A stretch of 64,000 bases of DNA, from the NCBI GenBank assembly GCA_029260235.1, contig JAJDDP010000080.1:26922-90921 (forward strand), written 5' to 3'. The notes below the pieces were generated by a model. The model saw only the letters and a list, made by a program, of their open reading frames with translations. It was not told where the DNA came from and did no database searches. Both the position numbers and the translations under genes were made by a program. This document shows, piece by piece, positions 38,174 to 47,347 of this stretch (position 1 is its first letter; every line of letters starts with the position of its first letter). Source of the stretch: Phycisphaerae bacterium (GTDB lineage Bacteria; Planctomycetota; Phycisphaerae; UBA1845).

Positions 38174-39253
38174 TCACAAATCTGGTAGATCATTTAGCGT
38201 GAATTGCACTCGGTACGCCATGCAGCGCACATCCACACAAGAATCAAGCGCGTACTGAAGCTGGAGATCCACATCTCGACAGATGATCAGGCCCTCGACC
38301 CGTTCTTGTGCAGTGGCCATTTTTTGCCGAACCCACCCGGTGTACCGAAGCAACTGGCCGACTGTCCTATCGCTAGACTTGCCTCTCTTGAGCTCTACAA
38401 CGAGCCAGCGAGCATCCGTTTTATGCTTCGCCAACAAGTCAATTCGTCCGACTTCACCAGTGTTGTACTCGGACCCCTTAATCTCACCATCCTCTTCAAG
38501 CAAATCCCACTCCTGCCCAAGTTGCGTGGCAGACCAATTGTCCACGAGGAATTCATGCAAGTGTTTCTCCAGACCGAACCCTGTACCATGTGCAACTGGA
38601 GAATCCCCGCCGTTCCCTCCAGTTGACGAATCGGGCGGCGGCTCTCCATTGGCACCTATCGTAATCCGCCACCACAGCGAATCCAAAGTCCAGAGGTCGA
38701 TTGAGAGGGCATCTGACACCTCCAGAAGAACCTGATTCATCGCTTCATATCGGTCTGCAAGGCTCGCTGCGGCTCTTACGTTGGGCCATATCCCAATCAT
38801 CTTCATGCCTTGCTCGGCAGTGCTGTTGTAAACGCCATACTTTTGGGGATAGAGGACTTGCAGTATCGCCGTAATAACGGTGCGAGCCAGCCCTTTGACC
38901 TTGGGTGATCCCTTTCGCGGACGAAGCTGGTTCAATCGCGCCCGTAGAGGCATCGATTCATCGGTGAGTGTTTTCAAGGCCCCACGGAGTTCACTCATGT
39001 CTGCAGTCAACGTAGCTCCTTGTCGCTGTAGATTGCCCCAATGCTGGTTGTTCTTGAACTGAAGAAATCCTTTGAAAGTTTCTGCGTCTAGCTCATCAAG
39101 ATGTTCAGGTGAAAAGACCGGAACGTAGCGGGCCCGCACCTTCTCCTGCGCTTCTGCAATCTGAGCCACTGTAATGTCGTGCTGATCCTTGCTGCCTGAT
39201 TGAACCCGGCCCAAGATCTGGCGTAAAGGCTCCAATGCCGATTGGTCGATCAT
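38174..39253 (-). CDS. Two-domain protein: uncharacterised helical N-terminal domain + C-terminal NucS/DUF91-type PD-(D/E)xK nuclease domain
   Basis: Start taken at 39253 or 39259 (AGGGAG ATGAATATG). The ORF-track start at 39412 would overlap the RNase P RNA. C-terminal block: GRIDLLAKHKTDARWLVVELKRGKSSDRTVGQLLRYTGWV...VEGLIICRD. Confidence 0.65.
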   Translation of the reverse strand: MIDQSALEPLRQILGRVQSGSKDQHDITVAQIAEAQEKVRARYVPVFSPEHLDELDAETFKGFLQFKNNQHWGNLQRQGATLTADMSELRGALKTLTDESMPLRARLNQLRPRKGSPKVKGLARTVITAILQVLYPQKYGVYNSTAEQGMKMIGIWPNVRAAASLADRYEAMNQVLLEVSDALSIDLWTLDSLWWRITIGANGEPPPDSSTGGNGGDSPVAHGTGFGLEKHLHEFLVDNWSATQLGQEWDLLEEDGEIKGSEYNTGEVGRIDLLAKHKTDARWLVVELKRGKSSDRTVGQLLRYTGWVRQKMATAQERVEGLIICRDVDLQLQYALDSCVDVRCMAYRVQFTLNDLPDL

Positions 39254-39337
39254 ATTCATCTCCCTACTTTCTGCTGCCAGCGTCGGGCAGACAGATTCAG
39301 TTCGAAGCTGTCGCATCTCAGGTATCCTGCCTCTCCC

Positions 39338-39752
39338 CGATTCGATTTGGTGGCCAAGCGGGCGGTAAGCCGAATTCTGTTCACCCGGGGTTTCCCTCGG
39401 GCGGACGATCATTCATCTAAGGCCAACCGTCGCCGGTCGGCTCAAGCACCCTACCCACAGCTTCATCCCGACTTGCGTCGAGAAGCGAGGCGGGCGGCCT
39501 CTTGCTGCCTATGCGGGCTTGCTGGCGGTGGGGTTTACCCTGCCGTAACCGTCACCGGCTACGCGGTGCGCTCTTACCGCACCATTTCACCCTTACCTCC
39601 CGAAAGAGGCGGTATATTTTCTGTGGCACTTTCCCTCGGCTCGCGCCGGGTTGGCGTTACCAACCACCGTGCCCTGCCCAGTTCGGACTTTCCTCCCGCA
39701 CTCTTACGAATGCGGGCGACCGTCGCACCCGCTTGGCCACCACATCGAATCA
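39338..39752 (-). ncRNA. rnpB: RNase P RNA, bacterial type A
   Basis: The minus strand contains the universally conserved blocks GGGAGGAAAGTCCGAAC (P4 5' strand), GGGTGAAATGGTGCGGTAAGAGCGCACCG and ACAGAATTCGGCTTACCGCC (P4 3' strand). A long P1 is formed by GATTCGATGTGGTGGCCAAGCGG (5') and CCGCTTGGCCACCAAATCGAATC (3'). The ends are approximate, within about 10 nt. Confidence 0.88.
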
Positions 39753-40054
39753 CCCAATCAACTGCCGCAGGCGATGCCCGCCCTACTACACTTGAGGATT
39801 TGGCACCTTGCCAAGATTTTCCCGGCGGATGCCAAGCCCAATGAACGGCTCGATAGGCCAGTTCATTATCAACCGCAGGACTGCCAGCGTCCAATTCGTG
39901 GGGGCACCAGTTTTCAGTAATACTGGAACGGCGCCGCCTAATTCAACAGGCGATTTCAGCGAGCAATTTTCTCTGGTAGTGCACTCGGAAATCGGTTAAA
40001 GTGGTGGCGGTAAACATATCTGACCCTGCCTTAAGTCGGCGCAGGAAGAAAGCA

Positions 40055-40252
40055 ATGAATCGTAACGATCCAACAGCTAAGCGGCTAGTTTGGGTGGGCG
40101 GGTTGGCCGTGGCGTCCGGGCTGGTACTTTGCCCACTGGTTTGCTCCCTTTTGGAGCGCCAGACCGACGTCGGCTTCTGTGCCGTGTTGATCGCCGTTGG
40201 CCTGATGGCTGGCATGTATGGCGTTATAAGGCTGCAGGGCTGGGCGGGCTGA
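40055..40252 (+). CDS. Small membrane protein (65 aa, two hydrophobic segments)
   Basis: ATG at 40055 is preceded by AGGAAGA. Sequence: MNRNDPTAKRLVWVGGLAVASGLVLCPLVCSLL...VGFCAVLIAVGLMAGMYGVI. No homology recognised. Confidence 0.4.
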   Translation: MNRNDPTAKRLVWVGGLAVASGLVLCPLVCSLLERQTDVGFCAVLIAVGLMAGMYGVIRLQGWAG

Positions 40253-40313
40253 CCTCTCCATTTTCGGCCCCGACGTTTCAACCCATAGGCTGTTATTGCC
40301 TGCGCCACATTTT

Positions 40314-43300
40314 TCATGCCTCAGCGGTGACAGCAACACGTCGTTCTGCTCGTACCCTTCTTGGCCAAGACACCGATCGCACCTGCAGCGCCAATCCGTT
40401 TTGGTTATCAAAAGGTTCGACGGTCCCAGTCGCTTCTAACACAGGATGCGCTTGGGTGAGATGCCCGAATCGCCGGTAGGTATCGGGAAACAAGAAGCAT
40501 TCCACAAATCCGCTCTTATCCGCCAGGGTGACAAACTTCATCAACTCTCCGCTGGTGGTCCGATTGATCCGATCAGCCACCATCAGCCCGCAAACCCGTA
40601 CATACTTGTGGGCGAGGTTTTTTAGTTCGACTACCGGCGTGTACCGCGACCAGTCAATGGCGCCAAGCCGTTCATCGGTCCCCAAAAAGGTCAGTGGATC
40701 GATGGTGACTGGAAATCCCAAGAGATCCATCTCCCGCTTAGCCACCCGCCGGTGATCGGGCTGGGTCAGTTCAACCGGTGGCGACAAGGCATGAGTGGCT
40801 GCTTCATTCTCCCAGAGCAAGGATCTGGCACCTGTTGAATGGCCCACCATTTTGCGCAGCTGCCAGAACAGTTCCGGGCGAGGTGTGCCAAAAACATCCA
40901 GAGCGCCGCTATCCAACAGCCGCTGCGCCTCGGCATCTCCGGGTTTACACCGTTGAAAGAAATCGTCTGGGTCGGCGAACGCGCCTTTCTCTCGCTCGTG
41001 CAGATGCCGTTCGATAAAATCGCGGGACAAATCCTTGATGTGCGAAACAGGTATGCGAATCGAAGGTTGCTTGGGCTGGGAAGGTTGATCGACGTATTCG
41101 AGACTGAAGCGCTCACGGGATCGGTTCACGCAGGGCGGCAAAAACCTGGCCCCCAAGAGCTGCGCCTCTAGCACATAGAGAATCTGCGGAAGCGTCGGCG
41201 AGTGGGCATAGAAACCTCGATAGTTGGAAAGAACCGCCGCCAAATAATGAATGGGCCAGCGCCGTTTCAACCAGGCCCCTTGAAAGGCTTCGACCGCATA
41301 CTCAGCCGAGTGGGCTTTGTTGAACATGAAGCCGCAAAAATTCTGCAAGATGGGCCAAACGCAGTCAATCTCAGCCTGCGGGCGATTGTTCTTCTGGGCA
41401 CAGGCATAGAACTCAGCCTTCATCTCCATGATCGTGTCGCGCTTTTGCTTGTTGAGCGCCCGGCGAAGCACGTCTGCCCGCCCGATGTTCATGTTGGCAA
41501 ACTCGGTGGCAACCTGCAGAATATGTTCCTCGAAAACCATAAGCCCGTAGGTTTTTTCCAATACCGAGACCAACGAAGGATGAGCATAGCTGGGCTGTTC
41601 CTGGCCTTGATGTCGCCGGGCGAAGGCCTCTTTCTTGCCTTGATTGGCGGCTCCGGGACGAATGACCGCGACCACCGCGGTCAGGCAGTCGATGTCGCGG
41701 CAATTGCACTGCTGGATCAGATTGGTCATAGCCGGCGATTCGATGTGGTGGACACCGCGGGCGTTGCCGGTGGCAATCATGTCCCACGTTTTGGCTTCGG
41801 AGTAATCGACTTGCGTTTCCAGATCGATGTGCTTGCCTTCGGTCCGTCCAATCTCAGCCACCGCATCGCGCAGCACCGACAGCCCAGCCTGTCCCAGCAG
41901 ATCGACCTTGACGAAACCGAGGTCTTCGATGGCGTCCATCTCATATTGTGCGACGAGCATTCCCCTGGGGGAACGCTGCACGGGGACCAGATCGGTCAGT
42001 GGCTCCGGCGAAACCACCATGCCACAAGGATGCATGGACCAATGACGCGGTAATCCTTCGAATTTGTGGGCCATCCGCAAGATGCTGCGATAAGGCTCCT
42101 CGTTGACCGGAATGCTTCGCGCTTCGGGTGATAGGGAAATCGCCTTTTGAAGATTTTGCGAAGTCATGTGCGGCAGCAATTTGGTTGTCTGATGAATTTC
42201 GTGGGCAGGCAGCCCGAACACCTTGCCCAGCTCAGCCACTGCCGCCCGGGCATGAAACGTATTGGCACTGCCGATCATGGCTACGCGCTCATGCCCCCAG
42301 CGGTCATACACCCAACGGATGATTTCCTCGCGTTTGTCCCACGGCAGATCCAGATCGATGTCAGCCATCTTGCTGAATTTGGCCCGCTCGGGATTGATAA
42401 AGCGGTCAAAGGGCAAATCGAATCGAAACAGGCAGGCATGACTGACCCCGAGAACATAGCAGACCAAGGAATCTGCGGCTGATCCGCGTGCCAGAGAGGC
42501 AATGCCCTGGCTGCGACAGTGTTCGACGATTTCGTGAAAAACCAAAAAGTATTCGGCGTAGTGGACCTGCTCGATGATGGACAATTCTCGTTCCAGGCGC
42601 TTCAACGCCTCAGCCAACGTGGGCCGCTTCCCGCCAATGCCCCGCTGGGCTGGTTCATCGACGTATCTCCGGCGGCAACCGGCGAGGCATAACGTTCGCA
42701 GGTGTTGAATGGCTGATCGCCCATCCGGCGAGGCAAAGCCGGGGAATCGGCTCTGGGTCAGGTCGAATGCAAAATCGCATTGCTCGGCAATCACCGTGGT
42801 GTTGATTAGGGCGTCGGGTCGGCGCTTGAACAATCGATCCATTTCTGTTGGCGATCTAAGGTGCCATGCGCCAACGGGTTTGTCGCGGTGGGGTTGATCA
42901 AAGAGCGTTAGGGTGCCGATTGACGAGAGTGCTTTGAGAACAGTCGCTTCGTGGGGATAGAGGCATCGCGATGGGCAAGTGGCTACGACCGGAATTGATC
43001 GGGCATCAGCCCATCCTGCTCGCCGACGGGCGATGGGGACATCGTCACGCTTGTGGATGGATAAGGTGACATACAGCCGCCATCCGAATGCTTCGCGGAG
43101 CGTTGTGGTACTCTTATGGTTTAGTTCGTCGAGGCTTGGTTGTGTTTGCTGCGATAGATTTCCAGGCCCGTTGATCAGGCAGATCACTCCGGTTGAGTGC
43201 GTGCATAGGTCGTGGGCGTTGAGTTGGCCGTCGCGCAGGTGATGGATTGATGCCAACCGGCAGAGGTTTCCGTAGCCCTGCATGTTTTGGGCGAGCAGCG

Positions 43301-43523
43301 TGACCTCTGCGGTATCGACCGGCTGAAACTCTGCGCCCAGAATGGGTTTGACGCCCGCCTTCTGACAGGCCTGTTGAAACGCAACCGCAGCGTATAGCCC
43401 GTTCCGGTCGGTTAGCGCCACTGCCTGCATGTTTGACCGCGCCGCAAAATCTGCCATTTGCTCGGGCACGATCAAGGAAGAGCCGAACGAATAGGCTGAG
43501 CGATTATGCAACGAAATATACAT
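40314..43523 (-). CDS. dnaE2: Error-prone DNA polymerase III alpha-type subunit DnaE2 (ImuC)
   Basis: 1069 aa. N-terminal PHP domain (MYISLHNRSAYSFGSS), Pol III alpha core blocks (DIDLDLPWDKREE, FNKAHSAEYA) and a C-terminal OB fold. The length and the lack of a tau/beta-binding tail are typical of DnaE2. It lies next to a Y-family polymerase gene. Confidence 0.9.
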   Translation of the reverse strand: MYISLHNRSAYSFGSSLIVPEQMADFAARSNMQAVALTDRNGLYAAVAFQQACQKAGVKPILGAEFQPVDTAEVTLLAQNMQGYGNLCRLASIHHLRDGQLNAHDLCTHSTGVICLINGPGNLSQQTQPSLDELNHKSTTTLREAFGWRLYVTLSIHKRDDVPIARRRAGWADARSIPVVATCPSRCLYPHEATVLKALSSIGTLTLFDQPHRDKPVGAWHLRSPTEMDRLFKRRPDALINTTVIAEQCDFAFDLTQSRFPGFASPDGRSAIQHLRTLCLAGCRRRYVDEPAQRGIGGKRPTLAEALKRLERELSIIEQVHYAEYFLVFHEIVEHCRSQGIASLARGSAADSLVCYVLGVSHACLFRFDLPFDRFINPERAKFSKMADIDLDLPWDKREEIIRWVYDRWGHERVAMIGSANTFHARAAVAELGKVFGLPAHEIHQTTKLLPHMTSQNLQKAISLSPEARSIPVNEEPYRSILRMAHKFEGLPRHWSMHPCGMVVSPEPLTDLVPVQRSPRGMLVAQYEMDAIEDLGFVKVDLLGQAGLSVLRDAVAEIGRTEGKHIDLETQVDYSEAKTWDMIATGNARGVHHIESPAMTNLIQQCNCRDIDCLTAVVAVIRPGAANQGKKEAFARRHQGQEQPSYAHPSLVSVLEKTYGLMVFEEHILQVATEFANMNIGRADVLRRALNKQKRDTIMEMKAEFYACAQKNNRPQAEIDCVWPILQNFCGFMFNKAHSAEYAVEAFQGAWLKRRWPIHYLAAVLSNYRGFYAHSPTLPQILYVLEAQLLGARFLPPCVNRSRERFSLEYVDQPSQPKQPSIRIPVSHIKDLSRDFIERHLHEREKGAFADPDDFFQRCKPGDAEAQRLLDSGALDVFGTPRPELFWQLRKMVGHSTGARSLLWENEAATHALSPPVELTQPDHRRVAKREMDLLGFPVTIDPLTFLGTDERLGAIDWSRYTPVVELKNLAHKYVRVCGLMVADRINRTTSGELMKFVTLADKSGFVECFLFPDTYRRFGHLTQAHPVLEATGTVEPFDNQNGLALQVRSVSWPRRVRAERRVAVTAEA

Positions 43524-43573
43524 GGTGAATTCCCCTCCCTTACGGTTGGGGCTCGGATAAAACAGCGTAACCG

Positions 43574-44791
43574 CTACAGCAGCATCAGAGCCGCGACCGT
43601 GAGGGAGCGGGATAACTTTTGCGATCTACTCAACAACAAATCGTGCGGACCCATCAATGCCCGTTCACCGAAGCGTTGGCGAATCGTATCGCGCAGGGTG
43701 GACAAGGTTTGCTGCCTTTGCTTGACACCAAATAGATCCAGTTGGCTAAAACCGGAATACACGTTGGACAATTTGACGTGTACCATGCGGAGTCGGACCC
43801 GCCGATCCCACAGCCGTTGCAGCAGCCGCGATAACAATGGGTATACATGCTCTTCTACGTCGGTGGGTTCGCGCAGGCTCAGTTGGCCTTGATGCTCGTC
43901 CATGTCGGTGTAGCGAATTTTGACTGTTATCGTACGGATCTGTTTGGCGTCTTTCCGCAGGCGAACAAAAGATCGATCCGCCAGGCAGCGCAGCTTGGCT
44001 TCGATGAATGCCCGATCCGTGGTGTCTTTGTCGAATGTTTCTTGATGACCGTACGAGAGGGCATCAGATTGGGTGGTGGTCACCAAACGATCATCGATGT
44101 TGCGCGAAAAATCCCGGAGCTGTTTGGCGTTCTTGCCCACCAGCTCAGCCAGGAAGTTCAAGGGCATTTGGGACACTTGCCTGATGGCGGTAAGCCCAGC
44201 CGAGGCCATCAACTGGGCGGTAGTCGGCCCGATGGTGGGTAACCACTTCACCGGCAGGGGATGCAGGAAGGCCAACTCCTGATCACGATGGAAGGGCACA
44301 GCCGTCAGCTTGTCGGGCTTGTGCAATTTGCTGGCGATTTGGCTAAGCAATTTGTTGCGGGCGAGTCCTTGCGAGATGGTTATTTTTAGCCAGTCGTGGA
44401 CATCATGCCCAAACTTTTCTGCGGCTGCATAAGGGTCTCTGCCCAAGCATGCTTTTGTACCGGTCAGATCGAGGTAGCCTTCATCGATGCTCTGCTTTTC
44501 GATCAGCGGAGTCATCTCCTCAGCCATCCCGAAGATGTTGCCGGAGAATTGTTCGTACAGTTCAAAGCGGGGCGGAACAACGATGAGTTTGGGATACAAC
44601 CGCCGTGCTCTGCCGATAGGCATGGGCGTGTAGATGCCCAATTGGCGGGCTTGGTAGCTGGCTGAGGCAACGATCCCACGATGAAGCCCGCCAACAACAA
44701 TAGGCTTACCCCGCAAATGCCGATCAGCCGCTTGCTCAACCGAAGCGAAGAATGCATCCGCATCGAAGTGGAGGATCGCCCGCTTCATCAT
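43574..44791 (-). CDS. Y-family DNA polymerase, DinB-like, with catalytic carboxylates intact (occupies the ImuB position)
   Basis: 405 aa. ILHFDADAFFASVEQ and KQSIDEGYLDLTG carry the DxD and SIDE catalytic motifs. GGLHRGIVASASYQARQLGI is DinB-like. An internal beta-clamp-type motif QLDLF is present. The start overlaps the upstream S24 gene by 4 nt. Confidence 0.85.
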   Translation of the reverse strand: MMKRAILHFDADAFFASVEQAADRHLRGKPIVVGGLHRGIVASASYQARQLGIYTPMPIGRARRLYPKLIVVPPRFELYEQFSGNIFGMAEEMTPLIEKQSIDEGYLDLTGTKACLGRDPYAAAEKFGHDVHDWLKITISQGLARNKLLSQIASKLHKPDKLTAVPFHRDQELAFLHPLPVKWLPTIGPTTAQLMASAGLTAIRQVSQMPLNFLAELVGKNAKQLRDFSRNIDDRLVTTTQSDALSYGHQETFDKDTTDRAFIEAKLRCLADRSFVRLRKDAKQIRTITVKIRYTDMDEHQGQLSLREPTDVEEHVYPLLSRLLQRLWDRRVRLRMVHVKLSNVYSGFSQLDLFGVKQRQQTLSTLRDTIRQRFGERALMGPHDLLLSRSQKLSRSLTVAALMLL

Positions 44792-45261
44792 TGCAACCGA
44801 TGCACCACGGTATGGGCTACGCCTTGAACAACGAGTTCAGACAAGGGAGCCAAGTCCGGATTGTTCGGGTTTTCAGAAACAAGGTGCGGTTTCCCTCGGC
44901 GCATGACCAGCCGCTTCAAGGCTGATTCGCCATCGATCAAAGCGACGACAATCGCACCGGGCCTAGCCTCAGCCGTGTAGTCGCCAATGACAATATCGCC
45001 GTCAAAGATGTTGGCTCCGATCATCGAGTCGCCCTGCACCCGCAAGGCGAAGCTTCGCCACTTGGCCCGCAGCACCGCGGCTGCATCAAGGGCGACGCAA
45101 CCGCCGTCCACGCCCTCGGGCCAACCCGCACTGATGGTAGGCAAGGGGATCAGCTCGGCGCCAGAGGCATCCAAGCCCCGCTCTGGCTGAACCGGGTGTT
45201 TGGCTCTGTCCTCAGCCTTATTGTCGATTTTGGTTCTGTCCATTTGGCGGTTTACCCCCAC
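44788..45261 (-). CDS. S24-family self-cleaving peptidase, UmuD-like (no HTH domain)
   Basis: 157 aa with a GTG start preceded by AGGGTG. It has an Ala-Gly cleavage-site-like motif (TISAGWPEG), the Ser nucleophile motif GDSM and the Lys motif ALKRL. There is no N-terminal winged-helix region of LexA size. Confidence 0.75.
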   Translation of the reverse strand: MGVNRQMDRTKIDNKAEDRAKHPVQPERGLDASGAELIPLPTISAGWPEGVDGGCVALDAAAVLRAKWRSFALRVQGDSMIGANIFDGDIVIGDYTAEARPGAIVVALIDGESALKRLVMRRGKPHLVSENPNNPDLAPLSELVVQGVAHTVVHRLQ

Positions 45262-45313
45262 AAATCACACCCTAACATATACCAAATATCCATCGCCGGT
45301 GCAAGGCCCTAAA

Positions 45314-46345
45314 ATGAGGCTTGGAGCTGCTGAAATGGTCGATGAACAACTCGGATTCGGATGGGAGGACCAAGCGACTGCTGGTACCGGTGCTGGTAGC
45401 ACGGATCAGCCGCTGCCGGCGATTACCCCGCTGGCTAATCGCTTGGGTGAACTAGCCCAGCAGAATATCTACCTGGGAACATCCAGTTGGAAGTATCCCG
45501 GCTGGCTGGGACAGGTCTACAAACCCCAGCGGTACGCCACCCGGGGCAGATTCTCGAAGAAGAAATTCGAGCAGACCTGCTTGGAGGAATACGCCCGCAT
45601 CTTCCCAGCCGTTGGAGGTGATTTCTCGTTCTATCAGTTTCCAGCCGAGTCGTTGTGGGAGCGGTATTTTTCGCAAGTCCCCAAAGGGTTCCGATTCAGT
45701 TTGAAGATTCCAGAGAGCATCACCGTGGAGCGCTTCAGCCAAGTCGCTCGCTACGGAGCCATCGCGGGTAAGAAGAACCCCGACTTCATGGACTCAGTCT
45801 TGCTCGAGGAGCGTTTTCTCAAACCGCTTGAACCGTACCGAGACAAGCTCGGGGTACTCATGTTTGAGTTCGGCACCATCCATGAAGGCCCGACAAAAGA
45901 ACCGGCTCGGTTCGCAGATGCACTGGATGGGTTTCTGTCGCGCTTACCCACCAAACGCTTCGATTTCTCGGTAGAAGTGCGGAATAGAGACTTCCTTACC
46001 GACGGCAATGACTATCTCGAAAGCCTACGATCCAACGGCGTAGCCCACTGCCTGAATAGTTGGACGCGCATGCCGTCGATCAGCGAGCAGTTGGCCATTC
46101 CGGGCATCTTCACCGCCAAGCATGTGGCCGCACGAATGCTGCTAAAGCCAGGCCGAAGCTATAAGAACGCCGTTGCCCAATTCGCGCCGTACGAGCACAT
46201 CCAGGAATCCTACCCCGAGGGTCAGGCTGGCTTGAAAGAGTTGATTAAGCGCTGTTTGGATCAAAGCCAAGCCCTCTTTGCCTTCGTCAACAACCGCTTT
46301 GAAGGCAACGCGGTGGAGACGTTACAAGAAGTGACCCTGCCATAG
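45314..46345 (+). CDS. DUF72 (UPF0759) family protein
   Basis: Block YLGTSSWKYPGWLGQVY and overall TIM-barrel-like DUF72 collinearity. The start is ambiguous: ATG at 45314, or ATG at 45335 which is preceded by GGAG. The ORF-track start at 45200 overlaps the divergent gene. Confidence 0.8.
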   Translation: MRLGAAEMVDEQLGFGWEDQATAGTGAGSTDQPLPAITPLANRLGELAQQNIYLGTSSWKYPGWLGQVYKPQRYATRGRFSKKKFEQTCLEEYARIFPAVGGDFSFYQFPAESLWERYFSQVPKGFRFSLKIPESITVERFSQVARYGAIAGKKNPDFMDSVLLEERFLKPLEPYRDKLGVLMFEFGTIHEGPTKEPARFADALDGFLSRLPTKRFDFSVEVRNRDFLTDGNDYLESLRSNGVAHCLNSWTRMPSISEQLAIPGIFTAKHVAARMLLKPGRSYKNAVAQFAPYEHIQESYPEGQAGLKELIKRCLDQSQALFAFVNNRFEGNAVETLQEVTLP

Positions 46346-46359
46346 CTCTTCGACATACC

Positions 46360-46378
46360 CACCGGCTAGAAGCCGGTG
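46360..46378 (+). terminator. Short hairpin after the DUF72 gene
   Basis: CACCGGCtagaaGCCGGTG forms a 7-bp perfect stem, 15 nt after the stop at 46345. No U-tract. Confidence 0.3.
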
Positions 46379-46600
46379 CCACAGATGGAATGGAAACAGC
46401 CTCCTAGTTGTCGCAATGTGTCTAAAATGATCAATTTAGGGCGCCAATATTCGGCGCGTTGAGACGAATAGTCTTATGATAGACGCGTCGGTGGTGCCCG
46501 GTTGGGTAGCCGGTGTGCGTGGTTGGTGTCACGAGATGATTCAGTGGCTGATGAATGCTCCTTAGAATGGCAAGGCGTGCTGAAGGTGCGTCATGCCTTG

Positions 46601-47284
46601 ATGGTATACACCTCGCCGCGGGTGTTGTTTTCCCGGGTGGAGGACACCGGCGCCTATGGACTGTCATTGATCGTCTTATTGGGGCTGACCGTGTTGATCG
46701 GGTATGCCGAGGTCAAGACTGGACTGATTGATCGCGGTGTCGACCAGCAAACTGAGGCGTCTCTGGCACAGCTCGAAAAAAACCAGGGCAACCTGGTTGA
46801 TCGGGTTGAGCTGCGCGAGCGGATGGCTGACCTGCGCAAAGGGGCTGAGTTCAACAAGCTCTTGGCCCGTCTGGGCGTGATTGTCTTTCAGCCGACAGTG
46901 ATGTTGGCCTCCTACTTGCTCATTGCCTCCATGCTCTATGCCCTGGTCGCTTTGACGGGCCGATCTCCGGAATACCACACATTGATGTCCATTTGTGTGT
47001 ACGCCGGGTTCATCGAGTTGGTTGGATACGTCGTTCGGTTGTCGATGGTGGTTTTCTACAAGACAGCCGAGTTGGATACCTCGCTGGCTATGCTGGCTGC
47101 ACCGGGCAAAGCATCGCTGCTGGTGGGGATTGATCCGTTTCGGATTTGGTTTTGGGTGTTGATAGCCATGGGTTTGGCCGTCACCCGGCAGTTGAGCTTG
47201 CGCAAGGCGATAGCGGTCTGTGCATTGATGGGACTGCTAGCGTCTGCCGCCCGAGTTGGACTTGACTTCGCCATGCAGGCGTAG
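46601..47284 (+). CDS. Yip1-like polytopic membrane protein
   Basis: Start taken at MVYTSPRVLFSRVED. Five hydrophobic segments. The family call is tentative. Confidence 0.45.
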   Translation: MVYTSPRVLFSRVEDTGAYGLSLIVLLGLTVLIGYAEVKTGLIDRGVDQQTEASLAQLEKNQGNLVDRVELRERMADLRKGAEFNKLLARLGVIVFQPTVMLASYLLIASMLYALVALTGRSPEYHTLMSICVYAGFIELVGYVVRLSMVVFYKTAELDTSLAMLAAPGKASLLVGIDPFRIWFWVLIAMGLAVTRQLSLRKAIAVCALMGLLASAARVGLDFAMQA

Positions 47285-47347
47285 CCCGTTCTTGCGGACG
47301 GGGATGTGCTGAGGCGATGATCGCAATCAGTTTATGGAATCGATGAT

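Noticed and set aside
39799-39813. TTGGCACCTTGCCAA considered as a sigma-54 (-24/-12) promoter
   Set aside because: The GG-to-GC spacing is too short for TGGCAC-N5-TTGC. It is better described as a perfect 6-3-6 palindrome of unknown role.
39242-39894. ORFs of 200 aa (+), 97 aa (+), 106 aa (-) and the 5' 53-codon extension of the nuclease ORF (to 39412)
   Set aside because: They overlap a region carrying all conserved RNase P RNA blocks. The translations are low-complexity Arg/Pro/Ala-rich.
45262-45334. Search for a LexA/SOS box between the S24-polymerase-dnaE2 cassette and the divergent DUF72 gene
   Set aside because: I found no match to the LexA motifs I know: CTGT-N8-ACAG, CGAAC-N4-GTTCG, GTTC-N7-GTTC, RGTAC-N3-GTWC. 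Only weak A/T-rich partial symmetry is present (ATATACCAAATAT). The LexA motif for this phylum is unknown to me, so this is unresolved rather than absent.
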